A stretch of DNA of 64,000 bases from Camelus dromedarius (taxonomy: Eukaryota): contig NC_087436.1 of assembly GCF_036321535.1 (NCBI RefSeq), positions 38,752,001-38,816,000 of the forward strand. Direction: 5' to 3'. Positions within the stretch are counted from its first letter, which is position 1, and every line of letters starts with the position of its first letter. Position numbers and translations under genes: made by a program. Shown piece by piece: positions 12,461-26,889 of this stretch. The notes below the pieces were generated by a model. It was not told the DNA's origin, ran no database searches, and saw only the letters and a program-made list of their open reading frames with translations.

Positions 12461-14179
12461 CCCTAACTTTTTTTAGAGTGATTTTCAGTAGGTTACTATT
12501 TATTTTACCTTGAGAATCATCAGTGTCTTAAATGTAAGTGCAGACTTTGAGAGTCATTCCCTTATTCTGGTAAGTGAGAATTAGAACAACAGAACAGGGA
12601 TTTAATAGACTTTGTGAGAAGGTCACCTTCTCATTTTTCAGATGAATTTTTATTAATGTTTTGAAGAGAACCTATTGTGGATTGTGTGAGGTACTGGAAA
12701 GGGAATTGGAATGGGAGTCCAGACCTCCTGATTGTGTTCCCAGCTTTGTGGCCAGCTTAGGTTAATAAAACTTGGCTTTAAAATGAGAGATGGGAGGGCG
12801 TGAGAAATCAAGACAGAGAAATTCATAAATGAGTTTAAAAACTTCTCTCAGTTCTAAGCATTCTTGATTCTCACCCAGAGAGCAGAATATCAGCTTCTTA
12901 GATGGAACAGTTTCCTTCTCTAAGTGTTTTCCAATTACTAGTAGTGGCTCCAGGTCAAGTTATACAAACACCACAACTAAAACTGTGTAAAATTAGGATC
13001 CAAGAGCAGGAAAAATATCTAACATTATATTTTATGTGAACTATTTTTTGTTTGTGTTTCCTGCAGATAATTTTAGCCTACTTCTAAATAAGTTATCAAT
13101 GATCCCTTTTCAGACAGGAAATTAGTATGCTCTTTGTAATTCTGGTTTTAGGGGTTAATTCACATTAAAAAGACTAGAGAGAAAGGAAAAGGGGTGATGT
13201 TTTAATAGAAGACTCAAAAACATGATCATGCATTGTGTTTTGTGGCTCATTCAGGGCCTGTACCTTTTTACTCTGTTTTGTTTGTGGCACCCTTCAAATC
13301 TCTCCAAATGCTACCACTCAAGGGTAGCATCCTCAAGGTCCAGGTATCAACCTACTACTTATAGAATCTCCCCAAGGAAGTCCCCTTGGGTAGGAACTAA
13401 AATGGACCAACTTTCATCCCCAAATCTCCTATAGCAGAGTGTTAAAGTATTGTTTTATCAAGTATTAAAATCACTCTCCAGTTTATAATTATGGTTATTA
13501 TGAAATATTGCTATGATTGTCATCATCGGTGATTAGTTGTATACTTTATCACACTTGTTGTCAAACATTAAAAATGTTTGACATCTTGAAAAAAATCATC
13601 CCTCATTTTATAACTTACTTTTTAAAAAATTTCTGAGTAGTAGTAGAAAAACAAGTTATGTTCTAGCATTGACTCTTCTCAACTAAATGTTCAGCTCTTA
13701 ATATTCAGAAAATTATGTCATACTTGAGTGTAGTTATTGGTCTAGGGAGCCTGTGTTTTTTCAGTTCTAATTTGAAGTGCTTCCACATGCATTTTCTAAC
13801 TGGACTCATATATCAACTCTGTGTGGTGAGTAAAGGAGTAAGAAATCTTTCCCCTAATTAAAAATGAGGAAACTGAAGGGCAAAAAGAGGTGAGAGTTGA
13901 CTGACCTCGTAATCGTTGCCTCCTGGCCTATTGATGATGTAAGCCATTGTAGGCATCTCCATGGCCTTTGTGGCCTGTTAATTACAGCTGCCCATTTTTG
14001 CAATGAAGAGCTTGTACATCAGGGAAAGTGAGCTCCAGAGAAGTTGTGATTGGTTCAGTCACACATCTGTGTGTGGTCTTGTAGCTGGAATTGGATGGCC
14101 AGTTTAGTATTCTTGATTTTATATACCCTGCTGAAGACAGCACCTAGCACTTCATGAAGAAGTTAGAACAGGCAGTGTT

Positions 14180-14310
14180 TTCCCTGTTTTATAGAGGAAG
14201 AAATTGAAACTCAGAAGAAGAAGAAAATTGCCACTGGTCATAGATTCCATTAGTAGCAAATGCTAAGATATAGATGAGAATTTGGGATTTATGGCTGAAA
14301 ACCACAGCCT
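14180..14310 (-). mobile_element. MIR SINE
   Basis: ccctgttttatagaggaagaaattgaaactcagaag...ggtcatag antisense core. Confidence 0.55.
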
Positions 14311-14672
14311 TTCGGTACTTTGTAGTTGCAAGGATTTTTAGCAATTAGTCAATATCCCATTTATAAGTAGGTTGCAATTTGCTTTTTCACTATTAATTAT
14401 ATGGTACGTTTTTGACAGTAAAATGAAAAGGTTTGATTTAAGGAAGAATTTTATGCTACAGGGTATTAATCCAAGAGCTTTTAAAAGGTTCAACTATCAT
14501 ACACGGGATCAGAGTGTGGTACACAGGATCCTTTGTGTTCTTTTGATGATAAAATCAGTATTAGTGATTTGATAGCTTGGAGCTCATTAGTATGCTTCAT
14601 AGAACACCTTACCTTTTCTTTGTTGTCTAGCTACCAGCAGTTTCAGTTGGGAAAAACAGAGTATCGAATGAC

Positions 14673-14816
14673 TAATGTGGCCAACTAAAATACAAGACAC
14701 CCAGTAAAATCTGAATTTTAGATACTACTTATACTAAAAAATTATTCATTTTTTAATCTGCAACTCAACTTTAACTCAATGTCCTGTATTTTTATTTGCC
14801 AAATCTAGCAGCCGTA
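14673..14816. mobile_element. MER53-like palindromic hAT MITE (internally deleted)
   Basis: aaaatacaagacacccagtaaaatctgaattttagata...tgtcctgtatttttatttgccaaatctagcagcc; arms aaaatacaagaca / tgtcctgtatttt are near-inverted. Confidence 0.75.
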
Positions 14817-16911
14817 AGAATTACTCTTTTCTTTAACACATTTATTAATACATTCTTTTCAGTGCATCTTTTTAGTTTTATAAACCATGGCCTGTCTTCA
14901 GGTAGACATGGGATTCAGTCAGATTTTTTTCAAGACACTGTCGTTAAGAATCTTTGTTCTCTGAGTCCCTTGAGGCAGTGTTTTTACCTCAGTGGTTTAG
15001 TGTGCCATTCTTTTATGATCTGGACAGAAAGAATTAAGTTAGAGAATGTGTTATTTTATTCTCTTTTTGCCTTGTGTGTTTAAATTTGATTTTGACTCTT
15101 TCAGATGCAGCTAGATGTCATGGTGTGTTTTCTTCATAATAAGCATCAATGTTCTGAGAACTTTTACATTCTTGTAGGCCATAAGACCTGGACTAGGAGA
15201 CCTGGATTTGATTCCTGGCCTTGCTACCAACTAGCAGAATGTGTTTAGTTCAACCATTTAATTTAGCTGCATAATGCAGAAAATAGGTTTAAACAGAATA
15301 GTGCTTTTTTCCCCCTTCCAGTATCACTAATGTAAATACTTTTCAAAACCTCATAGAATCAAAGAAGAGAAAGGAGGGAAAGTAGAGATCCTATCCCAGG
15401 CCACAGGAGTGATTTGTCCCGTCAGAAACCAAGTTTCTTGAATCCCATCTGGTATTTTTACCCTCGTATTTGACATGTCCATCTTTCCATCTTTATTCAT
15501 TTGTATGCAGTTACATATAACTTCATATGATAGAAGAATTCAGGATGTATATAAATTAACTTCAGGACACAATATAAACTTCACTTTGGGGAGGAGAAGT
15601 GACTCTGTGATTTGTCTGGGTTTGCTCAGTCCTGCCTCCCTCGTGTCCACCATAGTCCCAGACACACTCAAGGGTCTTCATGAAAATAATTCACTCTAGA
15701 AAAAAAGGACACTTAAAAGTGAATCCAATTAAAATGGTAAAATATCAATGAAAAGTTTCGATTGGAACTTTATCTTGAAAAATGGAACTATAAGTTATGA
15801 AAGTAAATTTATCTTATTTTAGATTTAATAAAATTTAGGTTATAATAAAAACTCCAGGCTAATTTGCAGAATAAACAATTTTCTGGCAAGACAATACCGT
15901 GAACAGTATGTTTACTTCTTGTTTGACTTTTGCAGCGTAATCATAAGGAGTCTTTTTTTTCCCGCAAGATAGTTTTTTTGAATTAATATTTGAAGACTTC
16001 ATGAGTTTTTCCAAAAGCCTTTCTTAATCTAGTTATTTGAAGAGAATTTGAAGAGTCTTTGTTAATGTAGTTATTTGAAGAGAATTCTCTTTGCAGGTAT
16101 TTATTATGTTATTGTCCTTGTTGATTCTTCTTTTAATTGTTGTCTGGTCTTTAATTGGGCATAACCCTTAATTATCAGTGGTTTTATGGAATATTGGAAC
16201 AGTTCTCAACATCACTTTTATCTACTAGAAATTCTGTATCTTATGTAAGAATTTAAATTTCAGTCTGCAGGTGATTTGTATTTGCAGAGACTGAAACATT
16301 AAAAAACAATGAAAAGGAGATGATAGACATTAGTCTTAAGGAGGAAGGCCCACGTCATACAGCAACATAGGTCATGCACTGCAAAACCTCAAGGGCTGCC
16401 TGAAGGGGGAGACACGTGAGAGACAATTTAATTTTATTTGTGGTTGGATTATAGGTGATTGTTTTGATGTTATGACAACGTGTTTTCCTGAGCAGGCCTG
16501 TATCTACAGGGACTCAGATAATCAATAATGTGGTCATCAGAAAACCCTTCCTCCCATGACTGGTAGTGACTGAATGACTGACTATACTAGATGTACTTTT
16601 CCTGTGTCATTTAATACTGAGTTCATCTCTCCAAGAAAATATCTAGAAATGAAACACTTGTGAGACAATTAAATATAATAATATAAATCACCTAACAAAG
16701 AATTTGGGGGCAGTGGCTCTACTTCAGACATAGATTAGGCCCTGCAGGGTGTGTGAGGGGAAATTAGCCATGGTCAGTTATGAGGCTTACACCCAAGGGA
16801 TAATGAACGTTAATAGCCAAAGTGCAGTGTTGATTTTCTGTAACAAATATTCCAGCGTTCAGATACGCAAAAGATCATTGCCCTTTCTAATGTGATTAAT
16901 GTGGGAGCCTT

Positions 16912-17760
16912 TATTTATTTATTCATTCACTCAAATATTTATCGAGGATATACTACATGACAGGCTTTTTCTAAGGACAGGGAGGCAGTCACCAACAAGA
17001 CAGACAACTATGAATTTACATCTACTTGGAGGAAACAGACAATAAACCAACAGATTAATAAGCAAGAAAAATAGACAAGAATAAGATCAGATAGTGTTGG
17101 GGGAGGAACAGAATATGCCGGGGCCACTTGAGGTGGAGTGATCAAGGAAGGCCTGTCTGCACAGGGGATGAAGGAGCTGTGCCCAGCCAGGTGCAGGTGA
17201 GGAGAGCATTCCAGACTGGGCGCCGTTGAGTTTGGTGTGGTTGAGGAGCACCCAGGGGTCAGCGTGGGTGAGGGGGACTGTGGTGGGGGTTGAAGGAGTT
17301 TGGGTTTTATTCTCAAGTCAGTGAGGAGCCAAGAAGGATAGTTAAGATGTTAAGGTTTTCTTTGTTCAAAGATTATTTTGGTTGCTGTATGGAGAATGGA
17401 TTGAAAGGAGACCAGTGTAATAGACTACTTAAGGGGCTGTGGCCATAGTCCACTGGACCAGGGAGGTATTACAGGAGATAGAAATGAACAGATTGGGGTA
17501 TAAGGTTTTGGAAGTTGAGTTGACAGGACTTGGCTGCTGGATTGGATGTGAGAGATACAGGAAACAGAAATTCAGAGTAATTCCTTGATGTTTGGTTGAG
17601 TAACTAGGGCAGTGATGGTGCTATTTATTAATATGAGGAAGACTGGCAGGGAGTGAGGTTGGAGCAAGGTGACAGGTCGGGCATTAGAATTCTGATGTCA
17701 CCATTTTAAGGTGTCTGTTTAGACATTCACATGGAGTGGTCAAGTAGGTGGTTTGACTAA
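16912..17760 (-). mobile_element. L2 LINE 3' portion
   Basis: Begins with antisense L2 tail ttattcattcactcaaatatttatcgag; continues with ttgacaggacttggctgctggattggatgtg and tagacattcacatggag. Confidence 0.8.
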
Positions 17761-18529
17761 AAAATTAAAAAGCTGATCACCAGTTTCCAATGAGAAGAAA
17801 TAAGTTGAGGTTTTAGGTTTGTAGCTGAAATAGTTAAAATGCCTATTTTTATATTGATTTGACAATTTAAGTTGTATACATGTATTTTTAAATCACGTGA
17901 GATATCTTAATTTAAACATATTGCTTTTTTCTTTACATTTTACAAAACAACTTTATTCAGATGCTTTCTGTACATTTCTGACAGATTCACATGCATTTCT
18001 GACATCAGTGTCTTTGCCCCACTACCATGATTTTGGTTAAGTTAGTGCTTTCCAAAGTATGTCCCCTCATTTCTATTGAAGTCTTTGAGATACAGCATTA
18101 TTTTAATATCATTGTCTGCTCTCATCATGCATTTATAAAACATTAGGACAATTATATTTTTAAAAACTCTGTGCTGTAGGTACACACTGGAGATCTGTGC
18201 AGTCTATTTACCTACTACATTGCTTTTTAAAGAAAGCTTTAAAATTTATAACTGTATCTAACACTTGGAATTATTGGATAATCCTGAGGTAATCCTGATA
18301 ACATCTGTGTTATCTTTTTTTTTTTTTTTTGACCCATTTCATTCTAGATCAGTACCATTTCAGGGATATTTACCAAACAATAGATTGTTGGTCAAAATAA
18401 AATAATTAAGGGAACATTCCATAAGTGTAAGACTTAGTAGAGACTCCGAAAAAAGGCAAACTCTTCTCTTTCTGCACCTTTTTTCACTTAATTATAATTC
18501 AAATTATCATTGATATCAGTACCTATGAC

Positions 18530-18900
18530 CATTTTTTAACGTCTGCCTAATGTTACATTTATAAATGTGCCATGATGTGATTTGCCCCCCTTCTATAGGT
18601 GGTATTAGGTTGCTTCTTATCTTTGCTATAACAAGCAATACCACAGTAAATAAATATCCCCGTGCTTCCTTTGCCACATGTGAAAAACCTCTGGAACAAA
18701 GGATAAATGTATTTTAAAACTCGTTAGATGTTGCCTGCTTGCCTTCTGAAGAGGTGATTATCGCCTACTTGCCTTCCAAAGAGGTGATATCAATTTTTAC
18801 AGCAGCCAGAAGGATTGGAGAGTGTCTGTGTCCTGACACTCTCCAAAACGGTGCATTGTCCAACTTTTTCATCCTGGCTGTTTGGTGAAAATGATCAATA
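18530..18900 (-). mobile_element. Ancient L1 (L1ME-like) fragment with a 30-bp tandem duplication at 18733-18791
   Basis: taggttgcttcttatctttgctataacaagcaat; gcctgcttgccttctgaagaggtgattatc followed by gcctacttgccttccaaagaggtgatatc. Confidence 0.55.
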
Positions 18901-19910
18901 AGCCACTGTGGAGTGGAGGCTGCATTGCTCTATAAGACGAGTTCTTTTAAATATCCTCGGTGGTAGCAAGTTTTTGTCTTTTGGAAGTAAATTTTAGTTT
19001 TGGAAAAAGTCAAGTCTAATCCTTAAGATATATATTAAGTTAGCTGTTTCTTCAGATTTGTTGTGGTTTTGCTTGTTTTGAGAGGAAGGCTTAGTGAAAA
19101 ACAAGATCTAACTTTTAGATAAAACTAATATTCCTATATGGCTTATTAATTTCTTTTAGAAGCTAGTTTCAGAAGAAGAGTTCCAAAAATGTCTAACGTA
19201 ATAGCACCATCAATTGGTGTAAGATTACATCTTTCCAAGTGGAATTACTTGAATTGAACAATAATCATTTGGATGTGTATGATCTGGTATATTTATTTTA
19301 AAAAATCACCTACTGTGAATGCTTTAGCTCAGCTAGATTTCTTCATAGGTTGGCGCATTAACAACATAAATAATTTCATTCCTCTTGGCCTGAATTCTCT
19401 AGGCCAGTTATTGCCTACTTTTTAATTTTCGCCCTTTATGAAAGGAGTAGATAATCTAGAAGAAGAGATCATCATTTTACCATTACTTGAACAAGCATTA
19501 TTAGAATGATACTAATAGAAGTCTATCTTTCTACTACATACCAGATCAAATTGTTTACATTTTCCTTTTCCCTTTCTAAATATAATCTATATATAGTGCT
19601 GTAGATAAAAACTATCTAAAAATTAAGCATATTGGCTAGCCAAATTTAGGTAAATTTTTAAAAATATTCAACTTCAGAACAAGGTGCATTTTAAATAGCA
19701 CATTATTTTCCATTTTTATGTTCTCCTAAGACTTGTCAGATTTTTTTTTTTACTTTGATACAAACTGATTGTGAGAGGAGCAGACTTGACACTTGATGTG
19801 TTGTAAAACATGTATCTGAAAATATATGTATATAGAAGTCAGACCTTATTAAAATTTTCATTGAAGCAATTGTCCGCCACAGTTTTTCCAAATAAAATTG
19901 TCCTAAATAA

Positions 19911-20714
<804 letters not shown>

Positions 20715-21484
20715 TAATGGGGAGTTTTGAAAATGAGATGTACTAATTTGCATACTTACTTAAAATGAGAATGTATGGTAGGAACTTTCCCATCTTTTAA
20801 ATGCCAGAATTCCTTCACTGATGGCTAAGTCAAGAATAAGAGCCTGAGAGAAATCTTGTCTTGTTTTTCTCTTTAATGATAACTTAGCATGGCTCATCTC
20901 ATAGTTGTATGCTTTCATCTTTTTACCTGATGACTATACACATCTCTATCTGTGTTATCTCCACATGAACTTCTGACGATTTTACTCAGATTCCAAAATG
21001 ATAGGTCCCAAAACAGTCAGAAAACCAAACCTTCTAAAATTCACTTATTCCGTTAATCATATTCATTCATTTGAAGCCCCATTGATACCAAAATCTGATT
21101 GTCTTTCTTTCCATCCTTTCTTTTCATTTCTTTTATTAAACAAACAAATTTATGGATGTCTTCAAAAAATGGAAATTTTTGCCCTAAAATAATTCAATCG
21201 GAAGATTCGATATTTCTTCCACTTTTGGTTCAGTTATGAACAGGCCTTTGATTATGGACGTAAAAATTACACTGTATGATTCTTCAGATTTCTTATTTAA
21301 AATTATTATTTTGTTAATAGAATTAGGGGTTTTAAACAAAGTATCTTAATTGAATGACACTTGGTATGTTTGTGAATTATGTTCTACCACTTTAATAGAA
21401 TAATTTTTCTAACTCTATTGTAGTAAAGTTTCCATAGTATTGCCAGCTTGAGGCTCTGCTGTGTAATTTGAGAAGTCATAGCTA

Positions 21485-22290
21485 TTTTATTCACCCCTGT
21501 ATTCCTGATGCCTAATATAGTGCCTGGCACATAGAAATACTGTATTTATAAATATTGATTGAGAGAAAATTATAGTAGTAAAGATAAGTAAGTAGAATAG
21601 AAAGCAGGTCATAATAGATGCCAGGGAAAATGTGTTAGGTTCAGGGAAGGAGATCACATCTAACTGGGGAGATGGAGAGAGGTTTCTTTGAGGAAGCAAT
21701 GCTTGATAAAGACCCTGGAAAATGGATAAGACCTGAATAGATTGAGTTGTGTGCACAGTGAGATCCAAATGTGAAGAGAAATTTGAAGAGGAGACAGGAA
21801 GTTGGACCATGTGGTGCTTGTATGGAAATGTGTGCATAATAGACAGTTTAGATGTTGAGGAGCTACTGGTGATTACTGGGGTCTTGAATTCCAGGCTGAG
21901 GAGTATGTATGTGATTCATAGCCATGAGGAATAATTGAAGGTGATTTGATTCTGACTGTGTTTTAGAAAGATGAATTTTATAGTGGTCATAAAATGAATT
22001 AGAGGGGAAAATCCTGGACACCGGGAAGATAGGTTATTTTAATAGTCTGAGTAAGTTAAGACCTGAACCAGGGCGCTGGCCTTCAAGATCAAATAGAGCG
22101 AATGGATTTCAGATGAAGTTGAACCTGCTAGACTCAGCAGCTAGTAGAAGATGGAAGTGAGGAGAAAAGAGGAGTTGGAGATGACTCAGGTTGTGAAGTC
22201 GGGTGAATAATGGTAACTGGTGAGGAATACCGATGGCAGGGATCTGTGGGGAGATGTGATAGTTCACATAGGTTAAATTGGGAGATGTTT
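21485..22290. mobile_element. L2 fragments (a + strand 3' end at about 21485-21562, then antisense L2)
   Basis: cctaatatagtgcctggcacatagaaatac tail; ttttagaaagatgaattt, gatgactcagg antisense L2 motifs. Confidence 0.55.
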
Positions 22291-23532
22291 TTCAGAATCT
22301 GTTCTCTACAAACAGTTTTTTCCATTTTGATTCTTCATGGGGCTGTCTCCATGACCTCTTTGAGCTCTGTAGTAACATCACACCATAGCAGCCTCCAGAG
22401 GGGTATTAAGGACACAGCTGAAGGATTGCTGCCAAATTTGCAGAATTCTGCTCCTGTCTTAGGTGACAGCTGGGTTTCCGCTTTCCAATGGCACTATGGT
22501 CCCAAGTATGGTAGGACCATAAATATGGTTCAGCTTTGCTGAGAAAGCCTTCATTTGTCTGCGTGGTCCTGAGATTCTCAGCCTGAAAATTTCTTCACTT
22601 ACATGCATTTTGTTTAGTCTGCTTACCATCTTTAGAGTTTTGAAGGTGTCGTTTTTGTTTTGCAGCTAGTAATGATTTAATTCTTGTCCTGTTGTCTAAA
22701 ATAGACCCAGGGTCCTTGATTTGCAGTGCCCCCAGAGGGAAGCCTCTTAGCCTGTGGATTCCTCATGTTGCTGCTTCACCCTTAACACCCTTGATCTGTG
22801 TTTGTAATGGCCTTGCAGAAGTTATTCCTGTCCCAGGAATTTCATTAGAAGTCACGGGGTTGATCTGTGACATAACTTACATTGGTGTCAACAAGTGGAA
22901 GTGACTTGGCTAGTGGATAATTCATTACTCAGCCCACTCATAATTTTAATAGTCAAAATACTGTCTCATAGCCTTTTGTGAAAATAGTCAGAATATGAAA
23001 AAAACAGTCTATGCTTTCTGAGTCCTCTTTCTTTACATATGGCCGTAAAATAACACTGATAAGCAATGTTTCTTAAGCTTATCTGACCACAGAATGCTTT
23101 TAAAGTTGTAATGTAGCGATAGAAAACCAAGAGGTGGCCATGAAATATAATAGTGCTCAGATTAAAACTAAGAGTGAAAAAATAGTCTCCTAGATAAGTA
23201 CATTGTAAGAAATGGTAAACATTTGATTCACTTCTTAAAATTTTGTAACAGAATGTTATAAAGTTGGGTTTTCAACTCTTTTATTACTGGTAAAACAATA
23301 CATACATATATTTGAAATATAAAGCAAAATCCAAAACTTAGACCTCAAATACCAGTGCTGTTCAGTCACACATCATCTCCTGCATCATCCCGTCATTTAT
23401 GTAACTTTGTTGAATGTGGCACCACATTTATTAGTAATAAGATATTAATACATAATAATCAAAAAACTATATAAATGTTTGACATTTTCCTTATATATGA
23501 AAACTAGGTATCATTCAATATCTAGATCAGAT

Positions 23533-24042
23533 TGTGGGTTCTTCAGAAAAACATAACCAGGAGGAGATATATAGATATATAGATAAATAAGAAGAGATTT
23601 ATCATAAGAATTAGCTCACTTGATTATAGATCCCCAGAACTTCCATGGTCTGGCTGTCATCTGTAAGCTGGAGAGCCAGGAAAATTGATGGTGTAACTCA
23701 GAGTCTGGAGACCTAAGAATTGGGGCAGGGGGTGGAGAGGTTGGATAGTGATGTAACTATGGTCTGGGTCTGAGTCCCAAAGCTTCAGAACTAGGAGCTC
23801 TAATGGATGAGGCAGGAGACCAGGAGAAGATGGATGTCTCAGGTCAAGCAGAGAGCAAATTTGCCCTTCCTCTGCCTTTTTGTTCTGTTCAAGCGCTCAA
23901 GGAATTAGATGATGCCCACCGGCATTGATGATCTTGACTCATTCTAGTGATTCAAATGCTCATCTCTTCTGGAGACATCCTCACAGACACACACAGAAAT
24001 AATGTTTTATCCTCAAGTTGACACATAAAATTAATCATCACA
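23533..24042 (-). mobile_element. ERVL solo LTR (MLT2B-like)
   Basis: gggttcttcagaaaaacataacc...tcacagacacacacagaaataatgttt...caagttgacacataaaattaatcatcaca; cagat occurs at both flanks (23528-23532, 24041-24045), exact boundary ambiguous by 2 nt. Confidence 0.85.
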
Positions 24043-24609
24043 GATGGCCTTGAGCCTTCTGGTTCCATGTCCTTTGGAAGCCTTAAGCCTCCTCAAGATT
24101 TCCTATGTCAAAGGATTTATATTGTCTAAGTAACCCTTTTTCCTAAGTCAACTAGAATGCAAAACTTGGACTCTTCTCCTATTTCCATGGAACAACCACT
24201 CCCTGGATACCGTGATTTCTAGGGAGAAAAAAGAGGGTCTTGGGGAAGGGTCACATTGCCACCCACGTGGCCTTCCAGATACAGCTGCTACTCCTCCCAT
24301 CCCCACTGTTTCAGTCTTTCTCCAGGTAAATAAATCTTCTCCATCTTTCACCCTGCAGGTCTCACTTTCTACTCAAGTGAATTTCTAGTAATTAGAATTA
24401 TTTCCAAAATGAATTTTAGGAAAGAAATGACAAGAGCAACTGTTTTAATTTTGATAAATTTGTCATGGTATAATTGTGCCCCAAGGAACACATTTGGGAA
24501 CTGCTGTATTTTTTTTTCCAGTGTTCTAATAATCTTTAGGTATTCCACTCTGTGGAAGAAAACTAGCATATAATTTGGTAAGCCTGCTGTGTTGTTTCCT
24601 ATTATTTTT

Positions 24610-26650
24610 ATTGTTACATCACTTCAAACTTTAAATAAAGTTGCAAGACCAGTATAAGAAACTTCTGTATACCTTTTACCTAGATTCTCCCATTGTTTAT
24701 ATTTTGCCCCATTTGCTTTATTATTCTCTTTTTCTATGTATAATGTGTGTAAGTAACATATGCATATTATTTTTACTGAACCATTTGGAGATAGTTTTAC
24801 TACATATTTCAGTATGTGATTTCTAACAGGAATATTCTCTCACACAATTGTGATACATTTATCAAAATCTGGAAATTTTATGATACAATACTATTACCTA
24901 ACAGTCCATAGTCAGATTTGGTCAGTTGTTCCGTGAATGCCCTTTAGAGTTTTTTTTTTTCCCTCTATCAGGGCTCCGGTTCAGGATTACATATTGCATA
25001 TATTTGTCATATCTCTTTAGTCTCCATTAAATCTGGAATAGTTTCTCAGTGTTTCTTATTCTTGACATATGTTTTGGAAGAATACAGGCCTTATCTTGTA
25101 GAGTGTTTTCCTTGAATAGATTCAAGTTAGGCACTTTTGGCAGGAATACCTCAAATGTTGATCTTGAGATCTTGTTTGGTTTTCCAAACAACAGTCACTT
25201 AATTCTTCACTTCTCTTACACCAGCCAGGGTGTCCCACAATCCAACTCAATTCTGACACTAGCTACCTGGAGTTAGCGCAGAATCCACAGGTTAAGGGCT
25301 CAGTCCTACGGTATTATTCCCACTTCAGATGTCAACCACAAATAGGATCTCCAGGCTGATCACACTTATGTCTGGCCAACTACAAACTCAGGGGTTCCCT
25401 GCTTAGTTTTAATAATTTGCTAGAATTACTCAGAGAACTCAAGAAATCACTATACTTAAAATTACAATTTTATTATTGAGAATACAATTCAGAATAGCCA
25501 AATTGAAGAGATACATAGGTCAAGGAGTGAGAGGTGGGGGACACAAAACATCCATGCCTTCTCCAGAAGGCAGTACACCACCATCCCAGCACATAGATAA
25601 CTTCACCAACTCGAAAGTTCCTGCAAACCTGATTGTTTTCTGTGTTATGTAGGCATGATTGAGTAAATCATTGGTTATTGGTGATTGGACTCAATCTCCA
25701 GCCCCACTTCCCTATCCAGAGGTCAGTGGTGGGGCCAAAAGTTCTAATCTGCTAACCACTTGATTGGTTTTCCTGAAGCCAGCTCATCCTGAAGCTATTT
25801 GAGGCCCTCTCCTCTATGAATCTTGTCATAAGCATGAACTCAGATGTGATTGTAAGGAACTTGTTATGAATAAAAAAGACTCTCCTATCACTCAGGAAAT
25901 GTTAAGGGTTTGAGGAGCTTTATGCCAGGAACTGGGAACAAAGACCAAATATGTATATTTTTTGTTATACTACAGACCTTCTTAGCATATATTATCAGGT
26001 AGGACATGATGCTACTTTACCCACCTATTGATGATGTTAAAGTTGATAACTTGGTTATTAAAGTGGTGTCCACTAGGTTTTTCCACTATAATGTACAATT
26101 TTCCCATTGTAATTAATAGGTATCTTAAGGGGAGATATTTTGATATTGTGTAAATATTCTATTCCTCATCAATGTACATTTACCAGTTTTGGCATACACT
26201 GATTTTCCAACCTCATAATACCTTCTATGTATATTAGTTGGCATTCTAATATAAAGAAGAGCTTTGCATTCTTTATGCACTCATTCATTTATTTATTTCT
26301 ATCATTTTGGAATCATGGATTTTTATTTTGTTCAATGAGTTGTACTCTTATTATTTTTAATCACATTCTCAAATTATACCAGATTTGCCAGCTCCTCTGT
26401 CTTTTTGATATGCCCCATCACTCTTGACATTTCTTGCTTGCTGGGGGAGCTGAAAGTTTTACCTGCTTAACAAGATGCTCCAGACTCATTTTATGCTTTC
26501 CCTGCACTAGCCCTAGAACCATTATTTTCCCCAAGAAGCCCTGGTTCCTTTCAGTGGAAGAGATGGTATTTAGAAGCCAGGATCTGGATATTAGGTGTGG
26601 TCATTGCTACTAGTTTATCAGCAGACAGAGCTAGGAGAAAATAACCACAT
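24610..26650 (-). mobile_element. L1MC-like element interrupted by an LTR at 25165-25974
   Basis: ccttttacctagattctcccattgtt, tttggaagaatacaggcc, ccctggttcctttcagtggaagagatggtatttagaagccaggatctgg; the sequence resumes after the LTR. Confidence 0.7.
25165..25974 (-). mobile_element. MER21-like solo LTR nested in L1
   Basis: TG...CA termini, flanks GATCT / GACCT (degenerate 5-bp TSD); caattctgacactagctacctggagttagcgcaga...cacaggttaagggctcagtcc is characteristic of MER21. Confidence 0.8.
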
Positions 26651-26889
26651 GTATATACAATATATCTAAATTTTTATTTATTTCTATATCTAACTGTTAC
26701 AGTCACTCTGTTTGTAACACTGTTACCAACGGTGAATTCTTACCTCCAGTTTCAATCTAACATCTCAGGGTGCATTTTGTTTTCATCCTCCTTTCTTAAG
26801 GAGGGTGTTTCCTCCTCCAAAAATGAAGAAGCAGGTTTCCTTATTCTTTATATATTTGTGCTTAGGCTCAAGCCAAGTTCCAAGCTGTC

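Noticed and set aside
12615..12633. 9-bp inverted repeat tgagaaggt-c-accttctca
   Set aside because: Short; plausible by chance in 64 kb, with no supporting context.
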